From: a virus
Taxonomy: Duplodnaviria; Caudoviricetes
Strand: one strand, 5' to 3'
Length of the DNA: 64,000 bases
Virus record (IMG/VR): IMGVR_UViG_3300046004_001808
Span: 7,802 to 71,801 of that record
The position numbers and the translations under genes are program-made. Below are positions 48,376-58,633 of the stretch, piece after piece. The notes beneath the pieces are model-generated. The model searched no databases. It was not told where the DNA came from and saw only the letters and a list, made by a program, of their open reading frames with translations. Each line of letters opens with the position of its first letter. Position 1 is the stretch's first letter.

Positions 48376-51300
48376 ATGTCATTAAACATCAAACATTACG
48401 ATTTTATTGAAATTGGTACTTCAGATTTTGATACTTTAATTGAAACTTCTAATGACAAGACTGTCGGTATTAGTATTGAACCTATAAAATATTACATAAA
48501 TAGATTACCAGATAAACAGAACATCATTAAAGTCCAAGCGGCGTTATCAACAACTGATGGTGAAGTTGATGTATATTATATCGATGATTGGAAAATTGAA
48601 GAAAATAACTTGCCTTGGTGGGTTAGAGGAAGTAACTCAATAAATAATCCCCACCCTTTTGCGATTAAAGAATTAGGTGAAGAACTATACAATAGTTTGG
48701 TCACCATTGAAAAAGTACCAACGATTAGTTGGAAAACGTTAATTAACACATATAATATTGGGTCGGTTGATTATTTAAAAATTGACACTGAAGGTCATGA
48801 CCACATTATCTTTAGAGATTTTTTGGACTATTGTAAGGAACACTCTTTTCCAATACCGAGTAAAATAACGTTAGAATATCACGATGGTGTTTCAAACAAA
48901 ATTGAGATTGATAAGTTAGTTTCAGAACTATCGGATTATCAAATGATAAGACATGTTAGTGATATTACATTAATTAAACCTCAAATACCAAGAGTGATTC
49001 ATCAAACATATAAAACTAATGATTTACCAACTGAAATAATTGAAGTAGTTCAAAGGTTAAAAGATATGAACCCAACATTTGACTATAAATTCTACAATAA
49101 TGATGATTGTGTTAAATTTATTAAAGAAAATTATGATGAAGAAACCCTTAATCTTTATTTAAGTATTAACCCAAATTATGGGTCGGCAAGAGCTGATTTA
49201 TTTAGATATCTTTTAATGTATAAAGTTGGTGGTGTTTATTTAGATATTAAAAGTTGTACTACAAAACCATTAGAAGAAGTCTTATTACCAACTGACGAGT
49301 ATCTATTAACACATTGGGAGGGTCTAGATTGGGCGGATGAATTAAAATATTATTTTGGTGAATTTCAAAATTGGCACATCATCTGTAAACCAAACCACCC
49401 ATTTTTAGAAAATGTTATTGAAGTAGTTAAAGATAATATTAGAAATTACATTGGTGGCGCGGATAAGAATTCGGTATTAAGAGTTACCGGACCAATCGCT
49501 TATAGCAAAGGAATTTTAAACTTGTTGAATATCCACAAAACAAATCGTTTTGATTCTCCTGTTAGAGAATTTTTATTAGAAAATGAAATTGGATTACAAT
49601 ATGTGTCAACACCTGTTCATCATCACAAAATAATTGAAAAATCATTCTCAAGAAAAGAACCTTTAATATTAAAAAATAAAGTAGAAAAATCATATCTATT
49701 ATTAGCAACTGAAAATTATTTTGATGTTGCTAAAATGTGTATTAAATCAATTCGTGAATATAGTGATTTACCCATTTTCTTATATCTAATTAACTCTGAT
49801 AAAGTGATAAACATTAAAGATGTGGTCACAATAATGTGGGATTTAGACTTAGTTGATGACAATTCCAATAGATACATTCAAGAGGGCGAAAATTTCTATA
49901 TTAATAGAACCAATAAAACAATTTACAACATCTTAATACAAAAACCATTAATCACTAAAGACGTTTTATCTAAATACACTAAAACGGTTGCGTTTGTTGA
50001 TTGCGATTCAATTGCAACACCATATGTTGATAGAATCTTTGACTTATACGATAATGATAAAGATTATCCTTATTTTGTTGAAGGGATTTATGATTATCTA
50101 CACGTAGGTGAACGAGGTGGTGCGATGACTAGAGATGATATGTCAACCACGTTGGAATACCCGGCATGTGAATTATTTAATGTTAATCAATATGTTAGAG
50201 AAAAATACCGACAAACAGGTTATTATGTATCAAATGAAAAATGTGTTGATTTTTTATCTGAATGGTATCAAATGTGTTCTCACCCTGAAGTATTAAATAA
50301 TATCCCATATTATGCGGCGTATAATGAGGAGACCATCTTAAATGTGTTATTGTGGAAAAAATTAATATTTGATGGGTTACCTTACATTTATGCTAACGGA
50401 AATTTAGAATTAATAGATAATATTTATTCAAATTATAATATTAATGAAGAAAGTTTATGGGTTAAGATTCCAAACAAGAAAGATGGTTTGTTATTTATTC
50501 ACGGAGAAAAAAATATTTTAGAAATGGGTAAAATGATATCAAAAATCAAAAACCATCATAAAGAAAAAATTAGAGTTTTATTCTTGGCACCACATCTATC
50601 AACCGGAGGAATGCCATCATTTCTATTAAAAAGGATTGAATCATTATTGGAATATTATGAAGATAAAACAGAACTTTTTGTTGTGGAATATTCAAATCAT
50701 AGTGACCATTTTGTTGTTCAAAAAAATAGAATTAAAGAATTAGTACCTTCGTCACATTTTTGGACGTTAGGTGAAGATAAGAATGAATTAAAGAAAATTA
50801 TTGAGGAAAATTATTTTGACATTATCCATTTAGATGAAATGATTGAAGCGTTTGATTCTCATAATAAATTGTCAAACAACTTAATAAATTTTATTTATAA
50901 AAATGACCGAACATGGAGAGTCGTGGAAACTTGTCATAACATAATGTTTCAACCGGATAAAGAAAAAATATTTCATCCTGACGCATATTCATTTTGTTCT
51001 CCTTTTCATAAAGAAGTTACATTCGTTAATATGCCATCATATGGTGAACTAATTGAATTTCCCTACACACCTACAATCATATTATCAAAAAAAAGTAGTA
51101 AAGAAAAATTAGGTTTAGACCCAAACAAAACTCACATTATAAATGTTGGATTATGGACATCGGGTAAAAATCAAGGTGAGGGTGTTGAGATTGCTAGATT
51201 AGTTGAAGGGGTTTACCCTGAATTAGAATTTCATTTTATTGGGAATCAAGCTCCTAACTTTCAAAATTATTGGGAACCTATAATGAAAGACCTGCCAACC

Positions 51301-52719
51301 AATGTTAGAGTATGGGGTGAGAAAGATAATGTTAATGACTTTATGATGGCAGCCGATGTGTTAATGTTTAACTCAACTTGGGAATGTAACCCATTAGTAT
51401 TAAGAGAAGGAATATCTTATGGGTTAAAAATCTTATCAAGAAATTTACCACAATATATGGATATGTTTACACCGTATATTAAACCAATTTATGGTGATAT
51501 TTTTGATATGAAAAATCAACTTTTAGATTTAATTAATGATAATATTAATTATGGATTTCCATCATATGGGGTTAAAGAATTTGCTGAAAAAAATTACCAA
51601 TTATATCAACAAATACTAAATCAACCTATAAAAAAACAAACAATGATTGACGAAGAAGTACAAGTACTCCAACATTTTGTTAAGGAACCCTTCTTAGAAA
51701 TAAAAGGTAGTGGTGATAAAGATTATAATGTAAAATTCTTTGATGAAAATGGTGTTTGTCATTATGAGAACACAATAAAACCAAATCATTGGGTTAAATT
51801 AAGTCGTAGTTATTACACCAAATGGAGAGCAGTTGTGAGTAGAGATAATATTGTAATTTATGACAATACATTGGATTTAACTAATAAGAGAGTTTATATC
51901 TCATTTGAGAGTAAATCATTAGGGGATTCAATTGCTTGGATTCCATATGTGTTAGAGTTTAAAAAGAAACATAATTGTAAAGTAATTGTGTCAACCTTTT
52001 GGAATCATTTGTTTGAAAATGAATATCCGGAGATTGAATTTGTGGTGCCCGGAGTTACAACACATAATCTTTATGCTATGTACTCAATTGGGTGGTTTTA
52101 TGATAAAAACAAAGAACCAATTTTACCAAACACAATACCTTTACAACAAACTATTACAAATATTTTAGGTTTAGATTTTGAAGAAATTAAACCTACAATA
52201 CATAGTACCGTTAACACAAGACCTTATAAACAGAAATATATAACTATCGCAACCAATTCAACTGCGGGATGTAAATTTTGGACAAGAGAAGGTTGGCAAG
52301 AACTAATTAACTATCTTCATAATTTAGGTTATAAAATTATTAATGTGTCAAAAGAAGATAACCCATTTTATAATGCAAATAAAATTAAAAACACATCAAT
52401 TCATCATACTATGAATGTGATTAATCATAGTGAATTCTTTATTGGTTTATCTAGTGGTTTATCTTGGTTAGCGTGGGGTTTAGGTAAAAAAGTTGTTATG
52501 ATTTCTAACTTTACAAATGAAGACCATGAGTTTATACTTAATTGTACTAGAATTGTAAACCGTTCAGTTTGTAATGGATGTTGGAATAAACCTGAATTCA
52601 CCTTTGATAAAGGGGATTGGAATTGGTGTCCCATCAATAAAGGGACTGAAAAACAATTTGAATGTCATACATCAATAACGCCGGAAATGGTTATTAAACA
52701 AATACAACATTTACTATAA
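48376..52719 (+). CDS. Five-domain enzyme: FkbM-like methyltransferase + GT32 + GT-A domain + GT4 + TibC/Aah-like protein heptosyltransferase
   Basis: DFIEIGTSDF..SIEP..LKIDTEGHD; IPRVIHQTYK..ADLFRY..GGVYLDIK; VAFVDCDSI; LAPHLSTGGMP..NSTWECNPLVLREG; SLGDSIAW..FFIGLSSGLSWLAW..VCNGCWN..NWCP..FECHTSIT. Confidence 0.82.
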   Translation: MSLNIKHYDFIEIGTSDFDTLIETSNDKTVGISIEPIKYYINRLPDKQNIIKVQAALSTTDGEVDVYYIDDWKIEENNLPWWVRGSNSINNPHPFAIKELGEELYNSLVTIEKVPTISWKTLINTYNIGSVDYLKIDTEGHDHIIFRDFLDYCKEHSFPIPSKITLEYHDGVSNKIEIDKLVSELSDYQMIRHVSDITLIKPQIPRVIHQTYKTNDLPTEIIEVVQRLKDMNPTFDYKFYNNDDCVKFIKENYDEETLNLYLSINPNYGSARADLFRYLLMYKVGGVYLDIKSCTTKPLEEVLLPTDEYLLTHWEGLDWADELKYYFGEFQNWHIICKPNHPFLENVIEVVKDNIRNYIGGADKNSVLRVTGPIAYSKGILNLLNIHKTNRFDSPVREFLLENEIGLQYVSTPVHHHKIIEKSFSRKEPLILKNKVEKSYLLLATENYFDVAKMCIKSIREYSDLPIFLYLINSDKVINIKDVVTIMWDLDLVDDNSNRYIQEGENFYINRTNKTIYNILIQKPLITKDVLSKYTKTVAFVDCDSIATPYVDRIFDLYDNDKDYPYFVEGIYDYLHVGERGGAMTRDDMSTTLEYPACELFNVNQYVREKYRQTGYYVSNEKCVDFLSEWYQMCSHPEVLNNIPYYAAYNEETILNVLLWKKLIFDGLPYIYANGNLELIDNIYSNYNINEESLWVKIPNKKDGLLFIHGEKNILEMGKMISKIKNHHKEKIRVLFLAPHLSTGGMPSFLLKRIESLLEYYEDKTELFVVEYSNHSDHFVVQKNRIKELVPSSHFWTLGEDKNELKKIIEENYFDIIHLDEMIEAFDSHNKLSNNLINFIYKNDRTWRVVETCHNIMFQPDKEKIFHPDAYSFCSPFHKEVTFVNMPSYGELIEFPYTPTIILSKKSSKEKLGLDPNKTHIINVGLWTSGKNQGEGVEIARLVEGVYPELEFHFIGNQAPNFQNYWEPIMKDLPTNVRVWGEKDNVNDFMMAADVLMFNSTWECNPLVLREGISYGLKILSRNLPQYMDMFTPYIKPIYGDIFDMKNQLLDLINDNINYGFPSYGVKEFAEKNYQLYQQILNQPIKKQTMIDEEVQVLQHFVKEPFLEIKGSGDKDYNVKFFDENGVCHYENTIKPNHWVKLSRSYYTKWRAVVSRDNIVIYDNTLDLTNKRVYISFESKSLGDSIAWIPYVLEFKKKHNCKVIVSTFWNHLFENEYPEIEFVVPGVTTHNLYAMYSIGWFYDKNKEPILPNTIPLQQTITNILGLDFEEIKPTIHSTVNTRPYKQKYITIATNSTAGCKFWTREGWQELINYLHNLGYKIINVSKEDNPFYNANKIKNTSIHHTMNVINHSEFFIGLSSGLSWLAWGLGKKVVMISNFTNEDHEFILNCTRIVNRSVCNGCWNKPEFTFDKGDWNWCPINKGTEKQFECHTSITPEMVIKQIQHLL

Positions 52720-53396
52720 TGAACTTAACTAATTTTGATTGGGGATGGATGGAGCAAAGTGAAGAAGGTTTGTTTCATAAAGAACAAATAACTCAAGAAA
52801 CATTTATTGATAAAATATATGAAAAGTTTTTTGAAGTTTCTGAGGGTGATATTGTTTTAGATTTTGGGGCTAGTGTTGGACCATTTACTTATAGTATTTT
52901 ATCAAAAAAACCAAAACACGTATATTGTCTTGAACCGAGTGAATATGAATTTCCTACATTAGTTAATAACACTGTCGGTTATCCGGTTACACCAATATTG
53001 AAGGGTATCTCAAATACCAACACATATACTGACTGTAATGACATTTATGGGGGTTCAAAACAAATGGAAGGAATCACTTTTAAAAAACTTTGTGAGTTAT
53101 ACAATTTAAAAACCATAGATTTTTTAAAAACAGATTGTGAGGGTGGTGAATACGATATTTTTAATGATGAGAATTTTGAATTTATTAAAAATAATGTTAA
53201 AAAAATTACAGGTGAATGGCATTTAGGTACACCAATTTTAAAAGAAAAATTTAAAAAATTTAGAGACACTTACTTACAATATTTTATAAATGTTGAGGTA
53301 TACTCGATTGATGGTGTTAATGTAAAATGGAATTTAATGTCTGATAATTTTTTAGAACACTATACAGAAATAATAATACACATATATAACGTTTAA
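52719..53396 (+). CDS. FkbM-family methyltransferase
   Basis: VLDFGASVGPF, CLEP, IDFLKTDCEGGEY and GEWH. Confidence 0.88.
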   Translation: MNLTNFDWGWMEQSEEGLFHKEQITQETFIDKIYEKFFEVSEGDIVLDFGASVGPFTYSILSKKPKHVYCLEPSEYEFPTLVNNTVGYPVTPILKGISNTNTYTDCNDIYGGSKQMEGITFKKLCELYNLKTIDFLKTDCEGGEYDIFNDENFEFIKNNVKKITGEWHLGTPILKEKFKKFRDTYLQYFINVEVYSIDGVNVKWNLMSDNFLEHYTEIIIHIYNV

Positions 53397-53400
53397 TTAA

Positions 53401-54219
53401 ATGAAACAAATATTTTTTAACTCTTCCCTACCCAGAAGTGGAAGTACATTAATTCAGAATTTATTAGCTCAAAATCCTGAAATTTACTCAACACCAACAT
53501 CAGGGTTGGTGGATTTTGTAATCGCCTGTAAAAACAATTACAATCACTCTCAAGCATTTCAAGCACAAAATCAAGATGAAATGACCAAAGCGTTTGTTGA
53601 TTTTTGTCAAGATGGTATGCAAGGTTATTTTAAAAGACTTACTGACAAACCAATCGTAATAGATAAAAGTAGAGAATGGGGTATCAATTATAGTTTATTG
53701 GAAATGATAAATCCAAACCCAAAAATTATTTGTATGGTTAGAGATGTTAGAGCGGTCTATAGTTCAATGGAAAAGAATTTTAGAAAAAATCCTCATAGGG
53801 AAAACGGGATTCAAAGACCGGCAGAATTAATTGGTACGACATTAAATAAACGTATTGATATTTGGGCGGGTGGAGTACCTGTTGGAACTTCTATTGATAG
53901 ATTATTAGATATTATACAACAAGGAATTGACGATAAAATGTTATTTATTCGTTACGAAGATTTAATGAGTAATCCTGAACAAGAAATGTCGAGAATATAC
54001 GAATATTTGGGTGTACCGAATTATGATGGGCATGATTTTGAGAACATATCACAATTAACTCATGAAGATGATAGGGTACATGGGATATATGGTGACCATA
54101 AGTTAAGACCAAAATTTGAAAAAAAACCGGATGACTATATGGAAGTTTTAGGTTATGAACTATCAATGAATATTAAGAATCATTACAAATGGTTTTATGA
54201 CTATTTTGGTTATGTATAA
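53401..54219 (+). CDS. Sulfotransferase
   Basis: 5'-PSB SLPRSGSTL, DKSR, 3'-PB MVRDVRAVYSS, IRYEDL..NPE. Confidence 0.9.
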   Translation: MKQIFFNSSLPRSGSTLIQNLLAQNPEIYSTPTSGLVDFVIACKNNYNHSQAFQAQNQDEMTKAFVDFCQDGMQGYFKRLTDKPIVIDKSREWGINYSLLEMINPNPKIICMVRDVRAVYSSMEKNFRKNPHRENGIQRPAELIGTTLNKRIDIWAGGVPVGTSIDRLLDIIQQGIDDKMLFIRYEDLMSNPEQEMSRIYEYLGVPNYDGHDFENISQLTHEDDRVHGIYGDHKLRPKFEKKPDDYMEVLGYELSMNIKNHYKWFYDYFGYV

Positions 54220-54238
54220 AATTTTAAAAAAATAAAGA

Positions 54239-54691
54239 ATGGCAATATATTGGTTTACAGGTCAACCAGGCGCTGGTAAGACCACATTAGCAAAACACGT
54301 TAAAGATTATCTACAACCAAGTAATGTTATATTAGTAGATGGTGATGACATTAGAGATGTCTTCCAAAATAAAGATTACTCTGAAATAGGGAGAAGAAAA
54401 AATATTGAGAAAGCTCAAGACATTTCATTATTTTTAGATTCAAAAGGATTTGATGTGATAGTCTCATTAGTTTCACCTTATAAAGACCAACGAGATGAAT
54501 TTAAAAACAATCATAACGTATTAGAATTTTACATTCATACTGAAGATGTTAGAGGTAGAGAAGATTATCATGTATCAAACTATGAACCACCTACTGAGAA
54601 TTTTGTGGACATTAATACGACAAATGTTATTGAACAAAAATCTGTTGGGGAAATAATAAACAAAATTATTGAATTTAAAACAAATGGGTAA
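54239..54691 (+). CDS. cysC: Adenylylsulfate (APS) kinase
   Basis: WFTGQPGAGKTT, DGDDIR, DYS..GR..N, VSLVSPY and YEPP. Confidence 0.9.
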   Translation: MAIYWFTGQPGAGKTTLAKHVKDYLQPSNVILVDGDDIRDVFQNKDYSEIGRRKNIEKAQDISLFLDSKGFDVIVSLVSPYKDQRDEFKNNHNVLEFYIHTEDVRGREDYHVSNYEPPTENFVDINTTNVIEQKSVGEIINKIIEFKTNG

Positions 54692-55094
54692 TTGGGAAAG
54701 AAAAACACACGTACAAGCAGCATTTGCTTCATCATCATCAAATAAAAAATATTCAATGTTTGTGGGTAGATGGCAACCGTGGCATCATGGTCATAGAGCA
54801 TTAATTGACCAACAATTGGATAGAGGTAAAAATATTTTACTATGCGTTAGAGATGTTGAAATTGATGATAAAAATCCATTTTCAACAGAATGGGTTATTG
54901 AAAACTTAAATAAAGAATTAAAAGACCTAATTGACGAAGGAAGATTAGTAATTCAGGTAATTCCGGATATAGAAAGTGTTAACATTGGTAGAGGTGTCGG
55001 ATATGATGTTTATGAACATTTTCCACCTGACGATATTAAAAACATTTCCGCAACAAAAATTAGAGAACAAATGAAAAAAGACGGTAAACTATAA
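54684..55094 (+). CDS. HxGH-family nucleotidyltransferase (cytidylyltransferase-like; possible minimal ATP sulfurylase)
   Basis: FVGRWQPWHHGH, NPF, GRGVGY and ISATKIR. The ATG at 54684 overlaps the cysC stop. Confidence 0.8.
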   Translation: MGNWERKTHVQAAFASSSSNKKYSMFVGRWQPWHHGHRALIDQQLDRGKNILLCVRDVEIDDKNPFSTEWVIENLNKELKDLIDEGRLVIQVIPDIESVNIGRGVGYDVYEHFPPDDIKNISATKIREQMKKDGKL

Positions 55095-55309
55095 TGGTAG
55101 AAATAAAACGACACATAGGTAAAGCCGTTAGTTATAGAATGCTAGGTTCAATACAAACCTGTTTAATATCATACGCATTTACAGGGAATTTTTGGGTTTC
55201 AGGTAGTATAGGGTTAACAGAGTTATGTATAAAACCATTAATATATTTCCTACACGAAAGAGTGTGGTATAAATGGATAAAATTTGGATTAAAAAAAAAT
55301 AAAGAATAA
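55094..55309 (+). CDS. DUF2061-like small membrane protein
   Basis: KAVSYR...IYFLHERVW. Confidence 0.75.
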   Translation: MVEIKRHIGKAVSYRMLGSIQTCLISYAFTGNFWVSGSIGLTELCIKPLIYFLHERVWYKWIKFGLKKNKE

Positions 55310-55310
55310 T

Positions 55311-56186
55311 ATGAATGTAATTTTTCAAATAGATGGTGGACTAGGTAAAAGTATCTTGGGAACCGCAGTATTAAAAGCAATAAAAAAACAATACAGTAAG
55401 GCAAATATAATTGTAGTTACTAGTTATCCGGACGTTTTTGTTAACAACCCAAATGTTAACAAAGTTTTGACTCACGAAACAATAAGTGGTGTGTATGAAA
55501 AATACATTCTAAATAAAGATGCAAAAGTGTTTGTATCTGACCCATATGCAACTTCTGATTATATCACTGAAGAAAAACATCTAATTCAATTATGGTGTGA
55601 AATGTATGGTCTAAATTACAACGGTGAAAAACCTGAATTATTTATTAGTAAAGCCGAAAGACAATACTTTGAAGGGTTCTATAAGTTAGATAAACCAATT
55701 ATGGTTATTCAACCTCATGGGGGAGCATTTAATCAACCATTAAAATATAGTTGGACAAGAGATATCCCTCAACCAATTATGCAAGACATTATAAATCATT
55801 TTGCAAATGATTATGCTATCTTACATGTTAAACGAGAAGACCAAATTATTTATGAAAATACGTTTCAAGCGTTAGATTCATTTAGAAGTATTGCAGTATT
55901 ATTGAGTATGTCAACAAAAAGATTGTTAATTGATAGTAGTGTGATGCACATCGCAACTGCGTTAAATTTACCATCAGTGGTGACTTGGGTTGGGACAAAT
56001 CCAAAAATGTTTGGTTATGATATTCATAATAATATTGTGGCTAATGAACCAACCAAAACACCTGATTTAAATCACCCACATTATTCTAAATATCTATTAT
56101 TCCAAGATATTAGCTCCATACCTTATAACGACCTGTATGAAGTTTTTGATACTCAAAAAATTATAGATGCAATTAATAAACAATAA
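55311..56186 (+). CDS. GT9-like (heptosyltransferase-fold) glycosyltransferase
   Basis: GGLGK.I..TAVLKAIKKQY...NNPNV...IDSSVMHIATALNLPSVVTW. Confidence 0.8.
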   Translation: MNVIFQIDGGLGKSILGTAVLKAIKKQYSKANIIVVTSYPDVFVNNPNVNKVLTHETISGVYEKYILNKDAKVFVSDPYATSDYITEEKHLIQLWCEMYGLNYNGEKPELFISKAERQYFEGFYKLDKPIMVIQPHGGAFNQPLKYSWTRDIPQPIMQDIINHFANDYAILHVKREDQIIYENTFQALDSFRSIAVLLSMSTKRLLIDSSVMHIATALNLPSVVTWVGTNPKMFGYDIHNNIVANEPTKTPDLNHPHYSKYLLFQDISSIPYNDLYEVFDTQKIIDAINKQ

Positions 56187-56187
56187 C

Positions 56188-56213
56188 AAAAAACCCTCAT
56201 ATGAGGGTTTTTT
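56188..56213. terminator. Bidirectional intrinsic terminator
   Basis: Perfect palindrome AAAAAACCCTCATATGAGGGTTTTTT between convergent genes. Confidence 0.88.
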
Positions 56214-57547
56214 TAATTTAAATTAAGTTCGTTTTTTTTAATAATCCAATATCCATTGTCAAATATTTTTGCGTTAGGTATGTTAACATTTTCATAACAA
56301 TTACCTCCAATATACCCATCATCTTTAATTTTATCATAATATTGATTAATTAAAGGTAATATATCTTCGTTTTTTCTATTATTAATAAATAAAAATGAAA
56401 TGTCATTAAAATTATCAACCACATCTTCAGGTTTTTTTTCAATATGAGATATATTTTTAAAGTGATAGGTATTACTGTGAAACCCAATTCTAACATCTTC
56501 CCAAGTAACTTCGTTATTAACATTAAATTCATCTTCTCCAAATAAAGGGTCTATTGAATAGATATTAGTAAATAACCCACAACTACCAAAAAAGAAAGTT
56601 AATTCCCCAAGATGAGGATAAAGTTCAATCATGGTCTCATTTTCACCTAACTGAGTTAAAAGAAATCCTAATAAACCGGAAATCCCAAAAAAATTAGATT
56701 TATTAAATTTTTGTATTCCAAATTTTGGTTTATCTAAAACCATTTCAAAATATCTATCAGTAATGTCTTTAGGCTGTTTTAAATAATTTACAATTTTTTT
56801 ATTTAAAACATTTCCATCTTGGTCAAATGAAAGCCCCACACGTCCGCTATTTTCTCTAAATTCATTATAGTAGGTATCAGAATCCGCATTTTCAGGATTA
56901 AAACCATCACTTATTTGTTTAAATAAATTATTTTTTAAAGTGAAAGAATTATGAGTATTATAAAATTGTTCTAAATAAAGGTCCGAGGCATATTTGATTG
57001 GATAATATTCGTCTGACATAGTTTTTATCGTCTCTCGTGTTGCAATATAAGCATGAGCTCCATTGTAATTTGTATTAAATCTTGGGATTACTAAATGTTT
57101 CCCCACATTAATCCCCGTTTGTCCTCCGGTTTTCTTACCTAAATGAATTAAATCCCAATCATATTGTTGGATTTCATTAAATATACTTTCATATTGTGGT
57201 GTAAAACTCCCATTCTCTAAAACAGGGTTTGTTAGATAAACATCGTCCTCTAAAAACAATGCGGTCTCAACACCATCTATTAAGGCTTGTTCCCATGCCT
57301 TTTTATGTGATAATGCACAAGCAAAAACACCCATAGTTACTTTACCCCAAGGGTCTAAAAATGATTTATTCAGTTTTTTTTCAGTAATCAATTGTTCAAC
57401 AGATAATAACTTACCGTCAACAGCTTCAATAAATGTCAAATCAAGACCCGGAAGAGTTTTAATAAGTGCTTCTTTTCTATCGGGTCTACGCTTTAAATTA
57501 ATCACATATATTTTATCAAAACCTAATGTTGATGTTTTATTAATCAT
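56213..57547 (-). CDS. GT25-family glycosyltransferase with a degenerate C-terminal methyltransferase-like domain
   Basis: FDKIYVINLKRRPDRK, EAVDG, ACALSH, LFLEDDV and AHAY; C-terminal MIEL...YSIDP...KDDGYIGG. Confidence 0.82.
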   Translation of the reverse strand: MINKTSTLGFDKIYVINLKRRPDRKEALIKTLPGLDLTFIEAVDGKLLSVEQLITEKKLNKSFLDPWGKVTMGVFACALSHKKAWEQALIDGVETALFLEDDVYLTNPVLENGSFTPQYESIFNEIQQYDWDLIHLGKKTGGQTGINVGKHLVIPRFNTNYNGAHAYIATRETIKTMSDEYYPIKYASDLYLEQFYNTHNSFTLKNNLFKQISDGFNPENADSDTYYNEFRENSGRVGLSFDQDGNVLNKKIVNYLKQPKDITDRYFEMVLDKPKFGIQKFNKSNFFGISGLLGFLLTQLGENETMIELYPHLGELTFFFGSCGLFTNIYSIDPLFGEDEFNVNNEVTWEDVRIGFHSNTYHFKNISHIEKKPEDVVDNFNDISFLFINNRKNEDILPLINQYYDKIKDDGYIGGNCYENVNIPNAKIFDNGYWIIKKNELNLN

Positions 57548-58578
57548 AATGAATTAAGGAATTTTTTATATTGTTCATAATTATTTTCATTATTTAATTC
57601 TTTAATATCCTCTAATGAGGTTTTTAATATGTCTTTCATATCATCTATTGAAGTTTTATTAATTACTTCCAACATATTAGACATTGAATCTACTTTATCA
57701 TTAACAATAAATGGATATGATTTAAAAAATTGCGATGTTCCCGAACTTTTACTTATTAAGGGAACAGACCCATTTAACAAACTAAAAAAGGTATAATAAT
57801 CGTATGTGTCATAAAGAGACAGATTAGAATATATATAATTTTCTTTAAAAAATTTCTCATCATTTTTTAATCGACCATTAAATTTAATTCTATTATTTTT
57901 TGAAGTTAAATGATTTACAATCATCTCATTTAAAATATCATCTCTCCCATGCGTTCCATACATATTCAAAACATATTTGGGGTTAAACTCAATTAGATTT
58001 AATAAATCAAACATCCCCGATTGGTTTGATGGGTATCCGTTAAAACCTATATTTTTATTGGGAATTAAATTATTAAAATTTATATTGATTTGGTCTTTAT
58101 CCCCTAAAGGTGGTGAAATAACTGAAAATGGTTTAGGGTTATTAAGTTTGTAGTATTTTTGAAATAAATTAACATCGTTGTCGTTAAAAAAGACAAATCC
58201 ATCGGCACAATTTTCATATAAAAATAATTGTCGATTAATAGGGAGACCATTAAAATTATTAATCATTCCTTTAATATTAAACTCAATAAATTCATCATTA
58301 AGTTCTTTATTATGGTGTGGAATCGTATCAATTATGAATATTTTAGGTATTTGGATTTCATTGAAGAACTCTTTATAAAACTCAACACTGCTAACTTTAT
58401 AATCCATAAAGATTAACGCATGAGTATAAGTTTTATTTATTTCATAAGTAATATTTGGAGAAATAAAATTGTAAGTATCATCTTGGGATATAGATAGAGA
58501 ATTTAAAATTTTATTAATGGTAATCATTTCATTAATATATCCCTTATTTTGGTAATTGGTTATGGCACATAACTTCAT
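57544..58578 (-). CDS. Divergent GT4-like (GT-B) glycosyltransferase
   Basis: IGFNG...GM..L...RIKFNG...SLYDTYDY..FFSLLNGSVPLISKSSG. Confidence 0.55.
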   Translation of the reverse strand: MKLCAITNYQNKGYINEMITINKILNSLSISQDDTYNFISPNITYEINKTYTHALIFMDYKVSSVEFYKEFFNEIQIPKIFIIDTIPHHNKELNDEFIEFNIKGMINNFNGLPINRQLFLYENCADGFVFFNDNDVNLFQKYYKLNNPKPFSVISPPLGDKDQININFNNLIPNKNIGFNGYPSNQSGMFDLLNLIEFNPKYVLNMYGTHGRDDILNEMIVNHLTSKNNRIKFNGRLKNDEKFFKENYIYSNLSLYDTYDYYTFFSLLNGSVPLISKSSGTSQFFKSYPFIVNDKVDSMSNMLEVINKTSIDDMKDILKTSLEDIKELNNENNYEQYKKFLNSL

Positions 58579-58633
58579 TATTTTTTTTTATATAAACATA
58601 AATAAGTTGTGTGACTTGTAAATTGATAACAAC

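Noticed and set aside
39980-58578. GT island as a DNA-hypermodification system or a captured host LPS/capsule locus
   Set aside because: No base hydroxymethylase or T4-type DNA glucosyltransferase context, and no flippase/polymerase/export genes are present. The genes are interleaved with virion repeat proteins. This is disfavoured but not excluded.
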